DNA of 64,000 bases from the human T2T-CHM13v2.0 reference genome, Homo sapiens: assembly GCF_009914755.1 (NCBI RefSeq), contig NC_060936.1. One strand, 5' to 3'. Each line of letters starts with the position of its first letter. Position 1 is the stretch's first letter. This document shows, piece after piece, positions 17,311-32,100 of this stretch. The position numbers were made by a program, and so were the translations under genes. Below the pieces are notes generated by a model, which had not been told where the DNA came from, did not search any database, and worked only from the letters and a program-made list of their open reading frames with translations.

Positions 17311-18607
17311 CTAGAAACAAACACAACAAACACATCCACTGTCTCCATCATTTAATAAAAGAAATACCATTTTAATACTCAAAGAGTAGGAAGGATATAA
17401 CTTCAGAAAAAAAACAACAAAAAAACCCCAAAATTATCCCTGAGCAGACAGAGGTAGTTGGTATCTTTGCACTTTTGCAATGACAACTTCTGACACTAGT
17501 TTATGGATTCGAATCTTGTCTCCATTACTTCCTAGCTTGTGACCTTGGATAATCAACTTCCCCTCTCAGCACCTCTCTGCCCTCGTCTTGGAGGTGTCGT
17601 TAGAATGAAATGATTGGATGTATGTGAAGCACGTAGTGTCTGACTCCACAAATCACAGTGCTTAATACACATAGCAATAGCACCATCGTTACTAACTAGA
17701 GACAACAGCGTCACTTAGTGGTTTTTTGCCCTAGCTACATACAAGTTGAGCCCGCGGAGCAATAATAAGGCATCTACAGGCGGTGAACGGGAAACCTTGT
17801 ATCATGGCCAAAACAGACCAGGGCAGACAGAAAAGCCATAAATATTCTGGAAACATTCAAGGTTCAGGCACGTCCGTCTCCCTGAGAATAAAGTTTGTTT
17901 CTGGGAAGCTACTGTCCAAGCTGTCAGTCCCATAAGAGGGAGAAAAAATAAAATCTCTCTCCCTGGGCCTCCCGGCAACTGCGGAGCCGCTTTACTGGGG
18001 TGGGGGAACGCTGTCTTTCCACAGTGGCTGGCAGGGCAGTGGGGCTCTGGCACCATCCCCGTGGGGGGTGGGTGATGAGAAAGGGGTCGCTGTCAGCCAG
18101 AGCCCTCCCTGCCTCCTGCTTTCCTTCAAGGTCTGAAGAATAAAAAAGGATAAACAAACGGAATGTGTTTTGTGCGGGTCACAAAACAGCAACAAATGTA
18201 AGCTCTGTGCAATCCCTGATAAGGGTTTTGCACGGATGGAGCCATTAACCGTTGGAAATAACACTGTCCTCAGAAAAGCAGTTGCAGGAGAGGCTGTGAA
18301 ACCTGCAAGTAGAGGTGAGGACTCTCTTTACCTTCCTTCCCAGTGTGGGAGATGGACAGGGATTTTTGTTTCCTGTCTCTGCTTGCAGGCTTTTTCACCT
18401 GTGACTGACTGGGAAGGAACCTCAGTGAAGGGCAGAGAAGATTGGCTCTGGAAGTAGGTAGGCTGGCATTCAGATTCCAGTTCTGTCACGTGCTGTGTGA
18501 TCTTAAGCAAGCCACTGTCTCCCTGACCCTATTTCTGTATCTGCTGGGGATGATCATAGTATATCCCTCAGTTTGATTTGATGTTGAGTGGCCTAATCTA
18601 TTCTATA

Positions 18608-18985
18608 ACCACAGATGCCTATAGGGGCCAGGCAGATGTCATGAATGAGAGAAGCGGGTCAGATGCAGGGCAGTAGGGAGTGTTGGGGACTACAGTAAAC
18701 CAGGGAGCACAAGCCCCGTGTAACGGGTACAGCTGGTCAGCATCCTCTGACCCAGGCACTCTGGCATTTGATCCAGGGCATTACAGACATTCTCAAAATC
18801 TTGGAGTCTGTTTCTTTGTTCAATAGTTTCTCGGTGGGCTTTGGCATTGTTGGGCTCAGCTGAGCTAAGAGACTAGATTTGGTCAGCAGTAAGTACAGTA
18901 GAAGGAAATGTGAGTTCAGTGTTGCCAGGGTTTTTAAATGCTCAAGAGAAGCAGGAAATCAGTTCCATTTTAAAATGCTGCCACT
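18608..18985 (+). mobile_element. MER102-type hAT-Charlie
   Basis: atgcctataggggccaggcag...agtagggagtgttggggact...gttgccagg...caagagaagcaggaaatc. Confidence 0.65.
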
Positions 18986-18994
18986 TCAGCAACA

Positions 18995-19293
18995 TTTTTT
19001 TTTTTTTTAAAGAGACAGGGTCTTGCTCTGTCACCTAGGCTGGAGTTCAGTGGTGTGATCATAGCTTACTGCAGCCTGGAACTCCTGGGATGAATTGATC
19101 CTCCCACCTCAGCCTCTTGAGTAGCTGGGACTATAGGCACCCACCACCATGCCTGGCTAATATTTTAAATTTTTTGTAGAGATGGGGATCTTGCTATGTT
19201 GCCCAGGCTGGTCTTGCATTCCTGGCCTCAAGCGATCTTCCTGCCTTGGCTTCTCAAAGTGCTGGGGTTACAGGATAAGCCACTGCACCCAGC
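18995..19293 (-). mobile_element. Alu (AluJ-type)
   Basis: Antisense dimer; TSD caacattt. Confidence 0.92.
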
Positions 19294-20957
19294 TCAACAT
19301 TTAAAAATTAATCCACCACTATCCAGACAAAAACCCTGTGCCAGCAGTGTAACCTTGGGCAAGCCCCTTAACATCTCTGAGTTTCTGTTTCTTCATGAGT
19401 AATGGGGACAAGAATACATCTAGCTCCTGATCTTAGCAATTTATATTTAACTTTTACCTTTTTATGATGAAGTAGTTTTACTATTACCTCTCATTTCACA
19501 GATGAGAAAACAGAGGCACAGGAAAGCTAAGGATTTACTTGCACAGGACCCTACAGCTAGTAAGTGACAGGACTATCGTGAGGCTTTAGAAGGAGATAAT
19601 GCATGCAAACTGGTCAGTGAATATGAGCTATTTCTGTGTTGTCATCAGGTCATTATTACCATTATTAATAACAGAAATGGTTCAAGGCCAGTTCTTACAC
19701 TTAATTCAATGGTCGAAGGAAGCTGCAGGACTTTGATCTGTCAGACAAAGATGATGGTTTAAAATTATGTGTTATATACTTTTGCAGGTAGCTCTTGGCC
19801 ATTTTAATAGTTCCTTTCCACATAGGCATTCGACAGCCTTGCCAATGGGTTTCCTGGGACAATAATTAGATTTAGGCCCCTGGTCCAGTCAATAGATTCT
19901 CATCTCGGGATGACCAAGCTGATCATCACCAGTAATTTACAGCTCGAGTTGTTCTGAAATCAATATGAATTTGCTTTTCATCGAGAGGGCTGTAAAACAT
20001 GGGTGACAGGCAGCACCCAAAAGCAGTTGACATGGGACTGGAGAGCTAGCAGAGCCTGGAGAGAGGCCAGACAATTTAGAGGGAGATAAAGCAGAGGGTA
20101 GAGGAGGCTGACCTCTGTCCAGTGGGCCGTGGTCACAGCCGGCCAGAGTTCCCACTGGGACCTGCTCAGGACAGTCTTGATGAGAAAGTAGATTTGATTG
20201 ACAGTGAGGTGTGGTAGAAAGGGAATAAGTTTTGGAGTCAGATAGAACTGGATTTCTATTTCAGCTGTACAATTTTCTACTCTAGGGAGTTGGTCTCAAT
20301 TCTTCACGACTCGATTTTTCTAATCTGCAAGATGAGCAGATAACCGAACTTGTTGCACAGATGAAGGTGAAATGAAACTGTGTTTGCAAAGTGCTTATTT
20401 TGCTGCATGTGAGGCTGTCAAATGCATTTGTTAAGAGGAAAGGACTGCAGAGTAGGGTGGACCTGGGGGCAAATCCTGCCTCTTACCTACTAGCTGAGTA
20501 AAACTTGGGTAAGTCATTCCACCATTTTGAGCTTCAGTTTCTTTATATTGGAATAGTAATAGGAACGTCTGTCCAGGGTGGTTGTTATAATTAAATTAGA
20601 TTAGATGATGCATATGAAGTTATATTAGCACACTGCGTGTAACATGATGTGAATTCAGCAAGAAGAGGGCATCATTTTTGTCAATCTGATTCTCATCCAT
20701 CCCAAACAGGGCACAGAGGAAGCTCTCTGTTAACATCGGCTCAATTGCATGATAAATTAATGTTTTTAACACCCTTAAATTGGGTAATTTGAGGAGAGTT
20801 TAATACAAAAGTTAATGACACCAAAACATATTTAAATAATAAAACAACCATTAAAATTATACATGCATGATCTATTTACAAATATGTGGATGGGGCTCTG
20901 GAAAAACAAGATGAATGCTGAATGCCAGGAATACACCAGTGGGGAGCCATGGCCACT

Positions 20958-21376
20958 GTGGAGTCAATAAGAGTATTGTTCCAGCACTTTCTTTTCGAAC
21001 CATTGCAATACCTCCCAGTAGAATAGGAAGAATGAACCTGCCCATCCCATTTGTTGTGAGCTTGACCATATGACTTGCCTGGGTCAATAGAATACAAGTA
21101 GGAAGTGATTGGAGCAGAGGCTAGAAATATGCTTGCATGGCTTGGCTCGCCCTCTTGTGCTTCTATCATTTGCCATGAGAAGAACATGCTTTTGGTATCT
21201 GATGGCCTTGGAATAAGTAGACCCATGGAGCAGATCTGAGCCCAGCTGGCAGCCTGACCAAGATCTGCTGAACCCAATAGCACCAAAGACCTCCTACAAA
21301 TCCTCAAGCAAAGAAATAAATGCTTGCTCCTGTAGCCACTGAGGTTTTGAGGTTGTAATGCAGTAAAAACTAACTC
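20958..21376 (+). mobile_element. MLT1 (MaLR) LTR, MLT1I/J-like
   Basis: ccatatgacttgcctgggtcaatagaat...aataaatgcttgctcctgtagccactgaggtttt. Confidence 0.75.
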
Positions 21377-21399
21377 CTGCCCCCAGATTATAATGGGTG

Positions 21400-21648
21400 C
21401 AGGGAGATGAAGTTACTGGATTGGGTTGCCTCAGAGGAGCTGTGGCCTTCAAGCGGGGAAGTCAACAGCTCATCCACACTCCCTTCCCCTCCTTCTGTCT
21501 CCTCTTGGTGCTTCCCATTGGCTGAACTCAACTAGAAGTGGAGAGGAAGGGAATCAATGAGAGAACCACTGAAGACCAGCTCCCTGGGGCACAGCACATG
21601 GTAGGGAAGGATGGAGAGTGGATGTGGAAGGGCAAACGGGAATTATCT
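21400..21648 (-). mobile_element. LTR33-like ERVL LTR fragment
   Basis: cccattggctgaactcaactagaag...ggagagtggatgtggaagggcaaacgg; resumes after the MST insertion. Confidence 0.6.
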
Positions 21649-22074
21649 TGTATTAGTCCATTCTTGCATTGCTGTAAAGAAATACCTGATACTGGGTAAT
21701 TTATAAAAAAAATTATCATTTAATTGGCTCACAGTTACATAGGCTGTACAGGAATCATGATGGCATCTGCTTCTGGGGCAGCTCCAGGAAATAATCATGG
21801 TGGAAGGTGAAGGGGAAGCAGGCATGTCTTACATTGCCAAAGCAGGAGCAAGAGGGAGAGTGGGGAGGTACCACACACTTTTAAACAACCAGATCTCGTG
21901 AGAACTCACTCACTCACTCACTATCAGGAGAATAGCATTGAGCAGATAGTGCTAACTCATTCATGAGAACTCTGCCCTCATGATCCAGTCACCTCTCATT
22001 AGGTCCCACCTCCAACACTGGGTATTACAATTTGACATGAGATTTGGGTGGGGACACAGATCCAAATCATATCA
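21649..22074 (-). mobile_element. MST (MSTA/MSTB) solo LTR
   Basis: tgtattagtcc...gagaactcact...tccaaatcatatca; 5 bp TSD tatct / tatcc. Confidence 0.9.
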
Positions 22075-23309
22075 TATCCAGTGCAATTAAGGGGGAAGGA
22101 GGGTTATGTTGGACTCACATATTAACAAATAACTGTTCTAAGACCTTTGCCCAGGGGCTCCATCTATGGCCCTTTGGGCATCTTCTTCCCAACTCTTTCT
22201 TGGCCTCCTGGATTTCCCTTGTTCTGCGTGGTCACCAGGAACATTCTTTGGGATGTGAAGCTCAGTGAAGTTAGCCAAGAGGGCTTCCTTGAAGAACCCA
22301 ATTATTTCAGAATTTTTGCCCTTCTTAATCCATCAGCCACATTTTGGAAGTGTTTCCAAAATTGTCATGGCTGAGAGAGAGATTCGGGGAATATTTTCTT
22401 CTGTCTGTTCCCGTTACTTTTTCCTCCTGTTGGCTCCCAACATCTTTAGCGAAACCATATGTTCTAGGGTATCATTCACAGGAGTCCCAGCTCCATCCTG
22501 TGCACTCCAATTTTTTTGCTAGTCAAAAAAATTTGACTTTGACAGGAACACTTTAGCACAAAAGTGCAGAGAAAGAGTTTTGAAATCAGATCTAAGTTAT
22601 AAAGGTCAACTTATCTTCTTAGCAGCTGTGTGACCTTGAACAGAGGACCTGACCTTATTCCTGAGCCAGCAGAGATCATTTTAGCACCAGATCCTAGAGC
22701 AACTTTTGAGAATTAAATGGGATATCCATGAATGCCCTTAGCATAGTACTTTGTTAATGCTTAATAAATTCATTACTATACACTTCCTAAGTGAGGTCAG
22801 GGGTAAGACTGACTCTAGAATGGGGTGGCACCTAATGCTGTAGCTGATGCCACAGCACTCAGCCACCCACCCCTGGTATTTGGCAGGCTATGCACAGTTC
22901 TTCTGTCAGTGGAATTCCATTAGATCTTGGAAAAACAAAATTCTTCTTTCCAGGCAGGTAGAAACTGAGGCATCTCTCAGCCTTCCAGGGCTCCGGGCTG
23001 TACGGGGAAGGAGATTTCTCTTTGGATCACCCTGCTGGTGGTCCCTCTTCTGGTGCCATCCACCAATTAAGCAGCCATTCATTTCACTCCATTCTGGAGA
23101 AACAAGAGTTTGCCAAACCCTGTAATATCCTGGGATTTGTGAATTATTAAATCTAAATATAGATTTATATGTCTCAATTCAATGGTGAATTTGGGTCAGC
23201 CTAACTCTTGTAGATAAGTGATATGTACAATATACGATGATTGCAGAAGAAAAGTAGAGATGATTTCAGGAAGCTATTCAAATGCGAGAGAAGCTATTAT
23301 CTGTTTCCA

Positions 23310-23795
23310 CTGTCACCTACCTCATGCCCAACCCTATTCACCACCAATCTAGCTGCTCATTCATCCCTCCCCCCAACCACCTTCCTCGTTTCTCACCTAC
23401 TACACATCCCATCCTCCATCCATCCATTCTTCCATCTACCTCATTCCCCTTCAAGCCCATATACCCACCTATCCATCCATTTACCCACCCACCTATCAAC
23501 TATGAAACCTTTATTCCATTCACTCCTCCACCTGCTCCATCTGCCATCTTCCCATTCACTACTCACCACCCAACCTCACAGCCACCCATGCATCCATTGC
23601 ACATTCATCTATCCATTCCCTCACTACTCACCTACCCAATCTATCACCCCATGTCATCCATCTATCCACTAACCACCCATCCTAGCCCCAATCCTATCCA
23701 TTCACCATCCACCAACCATTTCCTACACAGGCACCCACCCTATTCATCCATCCATCCAAACATTCAGCATGCACCCAGTTCATCCCTCCATTTAG
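23310..23795. repeat. Degenerate (TCCA/CCAT)n low-complexity tract adjoining an antisense L2 tail
   Basis: Direct read; followed by gcaaatatttatt...gtgccagg. Confidence 0.75.
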
Positions 23796-24184
23796 CAAAT
23801 ATTTATTAATTACCCATATGTGCCAGGGATTATGCTATGGACTTGGCACACACATGCCTAAGAAATGACTTTTTTCCCAAGAACTTCTATACCCAGTGTG
23901 AATGAGATATACTCTGAAACAAAAAGACAAAATAGCCATTAAGTTTTAATAAGACATGACAAACACGAGGCAGCATCTTGCAGTGATTACGTGTGCATGC
24001 TTTGAAGCCAGACCTATTTGACTTTGATTTGGGCTTTGCCATTTGATAGATTGATTTCCTCATATCAATCACAGCACTTTGTTAAACCTGTTTCCCCACC
24101 TGCTAAACAGGAATAATAATTGCATTTACTTCAGAAGATCATGGTGAACCCTAAACAAGTTAGTGTTAAGTAAGTTAACACATT

Positions 24185-24509
24185 GTGAGAAGGGCCCATT
24201 CACAAGGAACAGTGGACGCCCTCTACCAACCTAGAGTGGCCCAGCTGACAACTGACAAGACAATGGGAACCTCAGTCTTAAACTGCAGGAACTGAATTCT
24301 TCCAGCAAACACATGGACTTGGAAGGGGACCCTGGGCTCAGAAGAGAGCCTGCTAACACTTCAATGCAGTGTTGTGGGATCTTGAGAAGAAGACCCAGCA
24401 AAACCACACCTAGACTTCTGACTCATGGCAACTGTGAGATAACAATTGTGTGTTGTTTTAAGCCACTTAGTTTGAAGTAATTTGTTATGGGCAATAGATA
24501 ACTAAGACA
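24185..24509 (+). mobile_element. MLT1D/E-like LTR, 3' part
   Basis: aggaactgaattct...gacttctgac...aactgtgagataa...ttttaagccact...aactaagaca. Confidence 0.8.
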
Positions 24510-26184
24510 TGGAGTTACTCGCCCAAGGCTGCATAACTCCTCAGTGATAGAACCTGGATTCAGAACAAAAGCGAACCACCACACCTCCTGAAAGATAATG
24601 AGCCAGAGGGGCTAAAATGCCAAAGATTTTCTGATTAGCACTCAGCTGACCAGAAAATTAATTAATCAGAATCTCTACTTCCTTGGACCTTATGATTAGT
24701 CAGGGATTTTCTGCATTTGAAATCAAGTTTTCCACGGTGATTGCACCAAATACCATGGCTGCCCTGATGCTGCTGTACAAGTGCAGCAACTGTAGAGTTG
24801 GGGGAAGAAAGTTCCACTTTGGATGTGATCCAAAGGTCTGATTCAGAACACCTAAGTGTTTCCATTTTGAAAATGTGATGAGCATTGCTTACTGAGAAGT
24901 AGCCATCTGGTTTCATGCCTCTGCTGCATTCCCCCCCCATTGGACCACATGGGCTGAAGAAATTAGATCTGTGGACATAAGACTTACTCATTTTAAATAT
25001 AGAGAATGATTCCATGGGGGCAGTGGTCTACTAATCAGACAGCCACGACCACCACTACTACCAAAATGACAATAGCAGCTCACAGTCATTCAGAGCTTTC
25101 CTGAGCCTGATGCAGAGCCCAGCTGTGAGACCTATGGGTTACCCAGGCAGGCTCATAATTTGGCACTCTTTTTATCGTTATGTTTTAATATTTATTCATC
25201 ATCTATCTGTTGGGTGTCAGGAAAACTCAGTTACTGTTAATAAAATTGTATGCTTTTTTCTAACTCCAAATGTGGATCAGGTGTTTCACTCACAGTAGGA
25301 ATGGAGAAAAAGTCACGTTTACTCATTCATACCCTGGGGCCAGCATGGAATCAATGAACTGAAAACATTGGACAACATGTTTTTCCCTTATCTGTCTTAC
25401 CTTTTCTCACTTCAGTTTTCCTTTGTAGCTTCTTAGGAGACATATTAAAGGGATCAACATTTAGATCATGAAATAAATCTCCTTTCTAGCAAAGAGCTCT
25501 GTGGGCTGCAGAAGTGCAGTGCTAAATTCTCAACAGACCAAGTTGATGCCAGTGACCAGACTTTTAAAGCTTTTTCACTTGTTCATGCTGTCTGCTCCAG
25601 AGTGAGGGCTCTGGTTTGCATTTGGCCAGTTATGAGTATGTGTAGCTCTGTGTTGACTGGCTCCACATTCTAGATCTAATCCAAGGGTGCCTTGGCACAC
25701 ACTGCATGACTGGTTTGTCCCTCAACCTCATCAGTCTCTGCTGAACACTTTGAAGAAATCATCTCGTCTTTTCTTCCCTATCATGTTGTGAGGCAAGTAC
25801 TATAATTGGCCCCATTTTCCTGATGAAAAAAGTGAAGCTTAGAGAGGTTAAGAAGCTTTCCCAAGCTTAGACAGCCATTAAATGGCAGAACTGGGATTCG
25901 ACTCCAAGACCGACTGCCCCCAGAGCTTTTATTCATTATATTTGATGCTAAAATCCAGCATTTTGCAGGTGCACATTTGTTTTCATGGAAAAGTGACTGT
26001 ATCAAGGATGAGTCCCACTGTAGCCACCATGAGCTGCTTTGTTGGGGGAAACAATGCAAGGGAAAGGTGTGAGGAGGTGCACACTCACCTGAGCCTCTAG
26101 CACAGGTGTCAGAAGTACTATGAGGTTGAAGACTCTCAGCTGTAGCACATCTCAGATTTGGTCAGTATTCATTTTATTCATACA

Positions 26185-26900
26185 TCCAATTCAATTCAAT
26201 TCAATTCAATTCATTTATTCATTCATTCATTTGAGATTGATTAAGAACCCATGATGACAAAGAGTGTTTTATGAACTAGCCGGTGAATTAGACAATGTCC
26301 CTGCACTTATGGCTTGCATTCTAATATGGAGGTAAAAGAAATAAGGAAACCAAGAAATAAAATACTTTTAGAAAATAATAAGAAACATGAAGGAAACAAG
26401 GGGGGTTGTGACAGAGCAACAGTGGGATCTGGGTAGAGAGAACAGTAAGGGAAGACCTGTCTGAGGAGGTGACAGCAGAGCTGAGATATGAATGGTGAGA
26501 AGGAGGCAGTGAGGACAGGACCTGGAGGAGGAGCATTCCAGGCACATGGAAGAGCAGATACAGTGACCCTGGGCTGGGAGTGAGCATTGCTTAGACAAAG
26601 GAGAGAAAGGATGCAGTTGAGGCAAAAGCACAGTGCATGTGGTAATACACAGGGAAGCCTGGTGTGGCTTGAGACCAGAGAAGTTGGTATGGGCCCCTAG
26701 GGCATTTCAGGGCAAAAAAAGAACTTGGACTTTGGCCTGGTGTAAGCAGGGAGCCATAAAAATGAACAGCAGGACCCAGGTAATACTTTTTTCAACGATT
26801 TCTCTGAATGTCATGGGAAAAATGGAAAAAGAGGTCCAAGAGTGATAATAAGAACAAGTGGGAGACTGCTGCAGAAGTCCTACTCCATATAGAAGGCACA
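26185..26900 (-). mobile_element. L2 fragment with (AATTC)/(ATTC)n tail
   Basis: ctgaggaggtgacagcagagctgaga...gagcattccaggca. Confidence 0.75.
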
Positions 26901-26919
26901 TCTGAGGGATTTCATGTTT

Positions 26920-27310
26920 CATTTCACTCCAGCCAGACTGGAACCCTTGCCAGTTCCCTTAACATGCCAAGCTCTTTCATGCCTCAGGGTTTCCCCCACC
27001 TGCAATACTCTTTCAGCCCCTTTCTTTAGCTAAGTCCAGTTCTTTTTTAGGCCTAAAAAGTCCCTCTTATCCAATGTCTTTTCATCTAGGAAGCCTTCTC
27101 TGACCCCAAGTGCAGGTGAGCGCTCCTTGTTTCTTATTCCCATGGCAACCAGCTCTTCCTCTTAATGGCACCCATCTGCCTTGCAACTACTTAAGCAAGT
27201 CCACCGTCCCCTGCTGTTCCCTTTATGAGCCCCACGAAGGCAATAATTACATCACTGCAGCCGCAAATAGAATGCACAAAGAAGGCTCTCGGCAAATATT
27301 TATTTCCTGA
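26920..27310 (+). mobile_element. L2 fragment
   Basis: ctccagccagactgg...atgccaagctc...ggaagccttctctgacccc. Confidence 0.6.
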
Positions 27311-27383
27311 AATAATATTTTGTTGAAGTCCGTGGCAACTTGAGATTTATGCTACTGACCCTAAATGATTTTTAAACAATTAA

Positions 27384-27701
<318 letters not shown>

Positions 27702-29168
27702 TCAAACAAATTTTTTTAGAGCAATAGCTATGATGGCTACATGCCTTGTATGTGCCAGGAACAATATTAAGCACATTACACTCAGTTACTCATTTAATCA
27801 TCTCAATAACCATATAGTATAGGAACATTCACCACTGTTTTTCAGATGGGAAGCTGAAGATGATCATGCTTAAGTAACTTGCCCAAGAAGACATTCTGAT
27901 TATGTGATGGAGATAACAATTCAAATTCATGTCCATTTAGATGCAAAGCCCATGCTTTTTAAACTAATCACTCCTGAAGACAGGCACACTCATTCCCTCA
28001 GCAAGTATTTACTGAGTGTCAGCTTCAGTGCAGAGAAAGATATGATGTTGAATTAGCCAGAGTTCCTGCTTTCTAGGAGATTAGCATCTGGTAGGAGAGC
28101 TGAGACCTGGAGTGAAGAATCTACGTAATGTTTGTAATGTGGGAATCCATATGGCCCAGTCTAGAGAACTGTTGAGATCAAGAGAATTCAGTCTAAAACT
28201 CTTGAAAACAATTTCAAAGTAACACATTCACTTATTGTAATTCTCTAACACGATGAAGAGGACTCATAGTCTATAGAAATATTTCCTAAATCTTTTCCCT
28301 TTGCCACAGCTTCCCTCACATACTACAGCTTTTCCCAAACCCCTCAATCCCAGCCTCACTCCAAATCTTTTTCCAGTCAACTGATGCACCTCTTTCCCTT
28401 ATTCCTTCTGTTTTTTTTTCTCCATAAGATTCTGTATCATTGAATCTCAAAACAGTTGACAAAACCCAAGCCAACTCTTTTGCCAATTCTGTGAAAACCA
28501 TGGAGTTTCTTCTAGAGAAATACTCAAGTGCATGTACATGCAGACCAGCCCCTCCTGCCCCACACACAGACATGCACTTATTTTACTGGTTTGCCTGTAA
28601 TTTCAAGGGTTCCACAGACATCTGAATCTTACCCACAGTTTCTGGATGATAAACCTTGGCATTGGTAATCTGAAAAGCCATTAGCTACTTAGCATTTGCC
28701 AAAGCAGGATAGCTCTTCCTCTTTCCATGTGCATGAGAGGACTTCAGAAATTTGTATAAAAATAGATGCCACCCCAACCAACCAAACCCCATGCCTGCTG
28801 CTTCAGATGCATGTCTTTCTTCACAGTTTCCAGCTTTAAGTGGCTTTATCTTGCAGGGAGAAGGAAACTCTGTAATTAAGATAGCCAGACAACAAAGGAC
28901 TTAGCAGCTCTCTAGCTGTTGACATTCTAGCTAAAAGAGCTGGACCCAACTCTCTCCTTTTTAAGCCCGGGTTCAGGCTAAAACCTGAACCCTGATACCG
29001 AGTGATTTTAATTAACCCACATGGTATGGTTCTGCAAACCAACTGTTCTCAGCCACTGCATTATGTCACTAGTGGATGGCCATCAGTTATCAGAAATGTT
29101 GGAAAGTAATTGGAACTATTAGTTAAGTCCTAGAGTTAGAACATTATTTGCTTAAAAAATAAATTTGT

Positions 29169-32100
29169 GGAGACTTCTGGTTCCAAAATGGCAGTGTAGA
29201 AGCAAGCTGGCTTCACTACCCCACACAGAAAACCAAAAACATATATACAGTCCTGAGATTATTACCAGCAAGATCCCAGAACTCAAATACGAGAATGAGA
29301 CATTTCCCAGGGCCACAAAGAAGTGAAAAAATTCTGAGCAGATGGTTAGAGAATTGGATATCTATATCTGCAATGTCCCTACACCCAATCTGCCTGGCAC
29401 AAAGTACATGGAAAATTTCCCCCCAACTCATGATTTCTACATTGAAAAAAGTGAGACCAAGGGGACAACTAACTTACCCACTATCTTATGTTCCCTGGCA
29501 GGAGACCTGTCCCTGCCTCAGCCTACAGGAAGCATCAGGAGTGCCTGAAGGAAGAAATATTTCTAAGGACAGGCAGAGACAAAGCAGGGAGGCAAGAGTA
29601 CCATCCATAGCCCCGAAAGCTCTACTCTGCAACTTAGCCAAAGGAGATGCTAAATCAGAGTGGCTGTTCAGCTGCACCATGCAGAAGGAGGTTTGTTCCA
29701 CAGGTCTACTGGACATGAACCCCTAGCCAGCCTTTCCACACTACTAGAATATTCCCTTTGAGACCCCATCCATTCAGGACAGGCAGTACTCTGATTGTTT
29801 ACCAGAGCTTGGCTTGGGCACCATCTAGTCCTGAAATGGAGGCAGCAACTTAGCAGAAAAAAAGAATAAACAAATAAATTACAAAGACTCTCTAAGCAAA
29901 CATACCTAGTAAAAATGAAAACAGGCCACACAGAGAAGACTGGCATAAATAACTAATCATTCAATGCAAACACACACACACACATCCACAAAAACAATAA
30001 CAAACAAGGACCCATGATCTCCCCAAACAAACCAAGGAAACAGTGATGAACCCTAATGAAATAGTGATATGTGAGCTCTCTAACCAATAATTGAAAACAG
30101 CAGTTTTAAAGAAACTCAGTGATCTGCAGAGAAAAGCAATTTAGAAATTTATTGAAGAAATTTAACGAAGAGATTGAAATAATAATAAACAAACAAATCT
30201 TGGAACTGAGAAATACATTTGCTGAACTGAAAAATTTATTGGAGGACCTCTACAGTGAAGGGATCAAGCAGAGGAATCAGTGAGCTCAAAGACAGCTATT
30301 TGAAAATACACAGACGAGAAGAAAGAAAAAAGAATGAAAAGGAACAAAGATCATTTACAAGATACAGAAAATTACTACAAAAGTCCAAATCTAAGAATTA
30401 TTGGCGTTCAAGAAGGAGTTGAGCAAGAGCAAGGGGTAGAAAGCTTATTCAAAGAAATAATAACAGAAAAATTTCCAAAACTTGAGAAAGATATAAATAT
30501 CCAAGTATAGGAAGATCAGAGAACACCAAACAGATTTGATCCAAATAAGACTACCCCCAGGCATATAATAATCCAACTCTCAAATGTCAAGGACAAAGAA
30601 AGAATCCTAAAAGCAGCAAGAGAAAAGAAGCACATAGCATGTAAAGGAACTATAATTCATCTGGCAACAGACTTCTCAGTGGAAACCATACAGGCCAGGA
30701 AGGAGTGGAACACCACTTTCAAACTGCTAAAATAAAAGACCTGCTGTTTAAGAATACTGTATCCAGCAAGGCAATACTTCAAATATAAAGGAGAGGTAAA
30801 GTCTTTCCCAGACGAACAAAAGCTGAGAGAATTCACCACCACCAGACCCATCTTATAAGAAATACTAAAGGGATTTCTTTAATCTGAAAGAAAAAAGAAA
30901 ATACTAACATCCAAAAAGAAAACATGTGAAGATACAAAACCTATTGGTAAAATTAAGTATATGGAACAGACCTAGAATACTCTAATACTGTCATTGTAGT
31001 AAGCAATCTACTAATAACTCTAGTATGAAGCCCAAAAGACAAATCTATCAAAAAGCAATAATAGTTACAGCAACCTGTTAAAAGATAGACAATACAAAAA
31101 TATGTAAATTGAGGCAACAAAAAATTTAAAATGTGAGAGGGATAGAGTTAAAGTGTTACAGGTTTTTTTCATTTTTCCTTTGTTTTTATTATTTTCTTTG
31201 TGATCTAAGTTGTCATCTCTTTAAAATATCTTGTTATATCTAAAAGATATAGATCTTTTTGTAAGCCTCATAGTAACAGCAGTGCAAAAATTTTGGAATT
31301 GAATCACTAAAAATAACAACCAATGAACTAAAACATACTATTAATAATAGAGAAAATCACTTAACTACAAAGGAAGGCCATAAGAAAGGGAGAGAGGAGC
31401 TACAAAATGATCAGAGAACAAGCAACAGAATGACAGTGGTAAGTTATTGCTTACCAATAATAACACTGAATGTAAATTGACTCAATTCTCCAATTAAAAG
31501 GCATGCAGTGACTGAAGAGATAAGATACAAGACCCAAATATATGCTGCCTACAAGAAACCCACTTCACCTATAAAGAGACAGATAGACTGAAAATATAGG
31601 AGGTGGAAAAATATATTCCATGCAGCTGGAAACCAAAAGAAAGCAGGAATAGCTATTCTTGCATCAGATAAAATAGACTATACATCGAAGACTTTAGAAA
31701 AAGACAAAGAAGTTCACTATATAACAATGAAGGGGTCAGATCAGCAAGAGTATATAATAATTACAAATATCTATGCACCCAGCACCAGAGCTCCCAAGTA
31801 TATATAGCAAACATAAATTGATCTAAAGGGAGAGATATACTGCAATACAATAATAGTAGGGGATTTCAAAACCCAACTTTTGGTAATGAATAGATCATCC
31901 AGACAGAAAATATACAAAGGAACATAGTTAAACTGTACACTAGATAAAATAACCCTACCTGACATTTACTGGACATTTCACTCAACTGATGCAGAATACA
32001 CATTATTTTCATCATCATATGGAAGATTTTCCAGAGCAGACCATTTATTAGACCACAAAATAAATCTCAACAAATCCAAATAGTGGAAATAAAATCAACT

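Noticed and set aside
23241-23809. His/Pro/Ser-rich ORFs
   Set aside because: Degenerate (TCCA)n low-complexity DNA
28969-28992. 9 bp perfect hairpin gggttcagg-ctaaaa-cctgaaccc
   Set aside because: A stem this short can arise by chance in 64 kb; no supporting context
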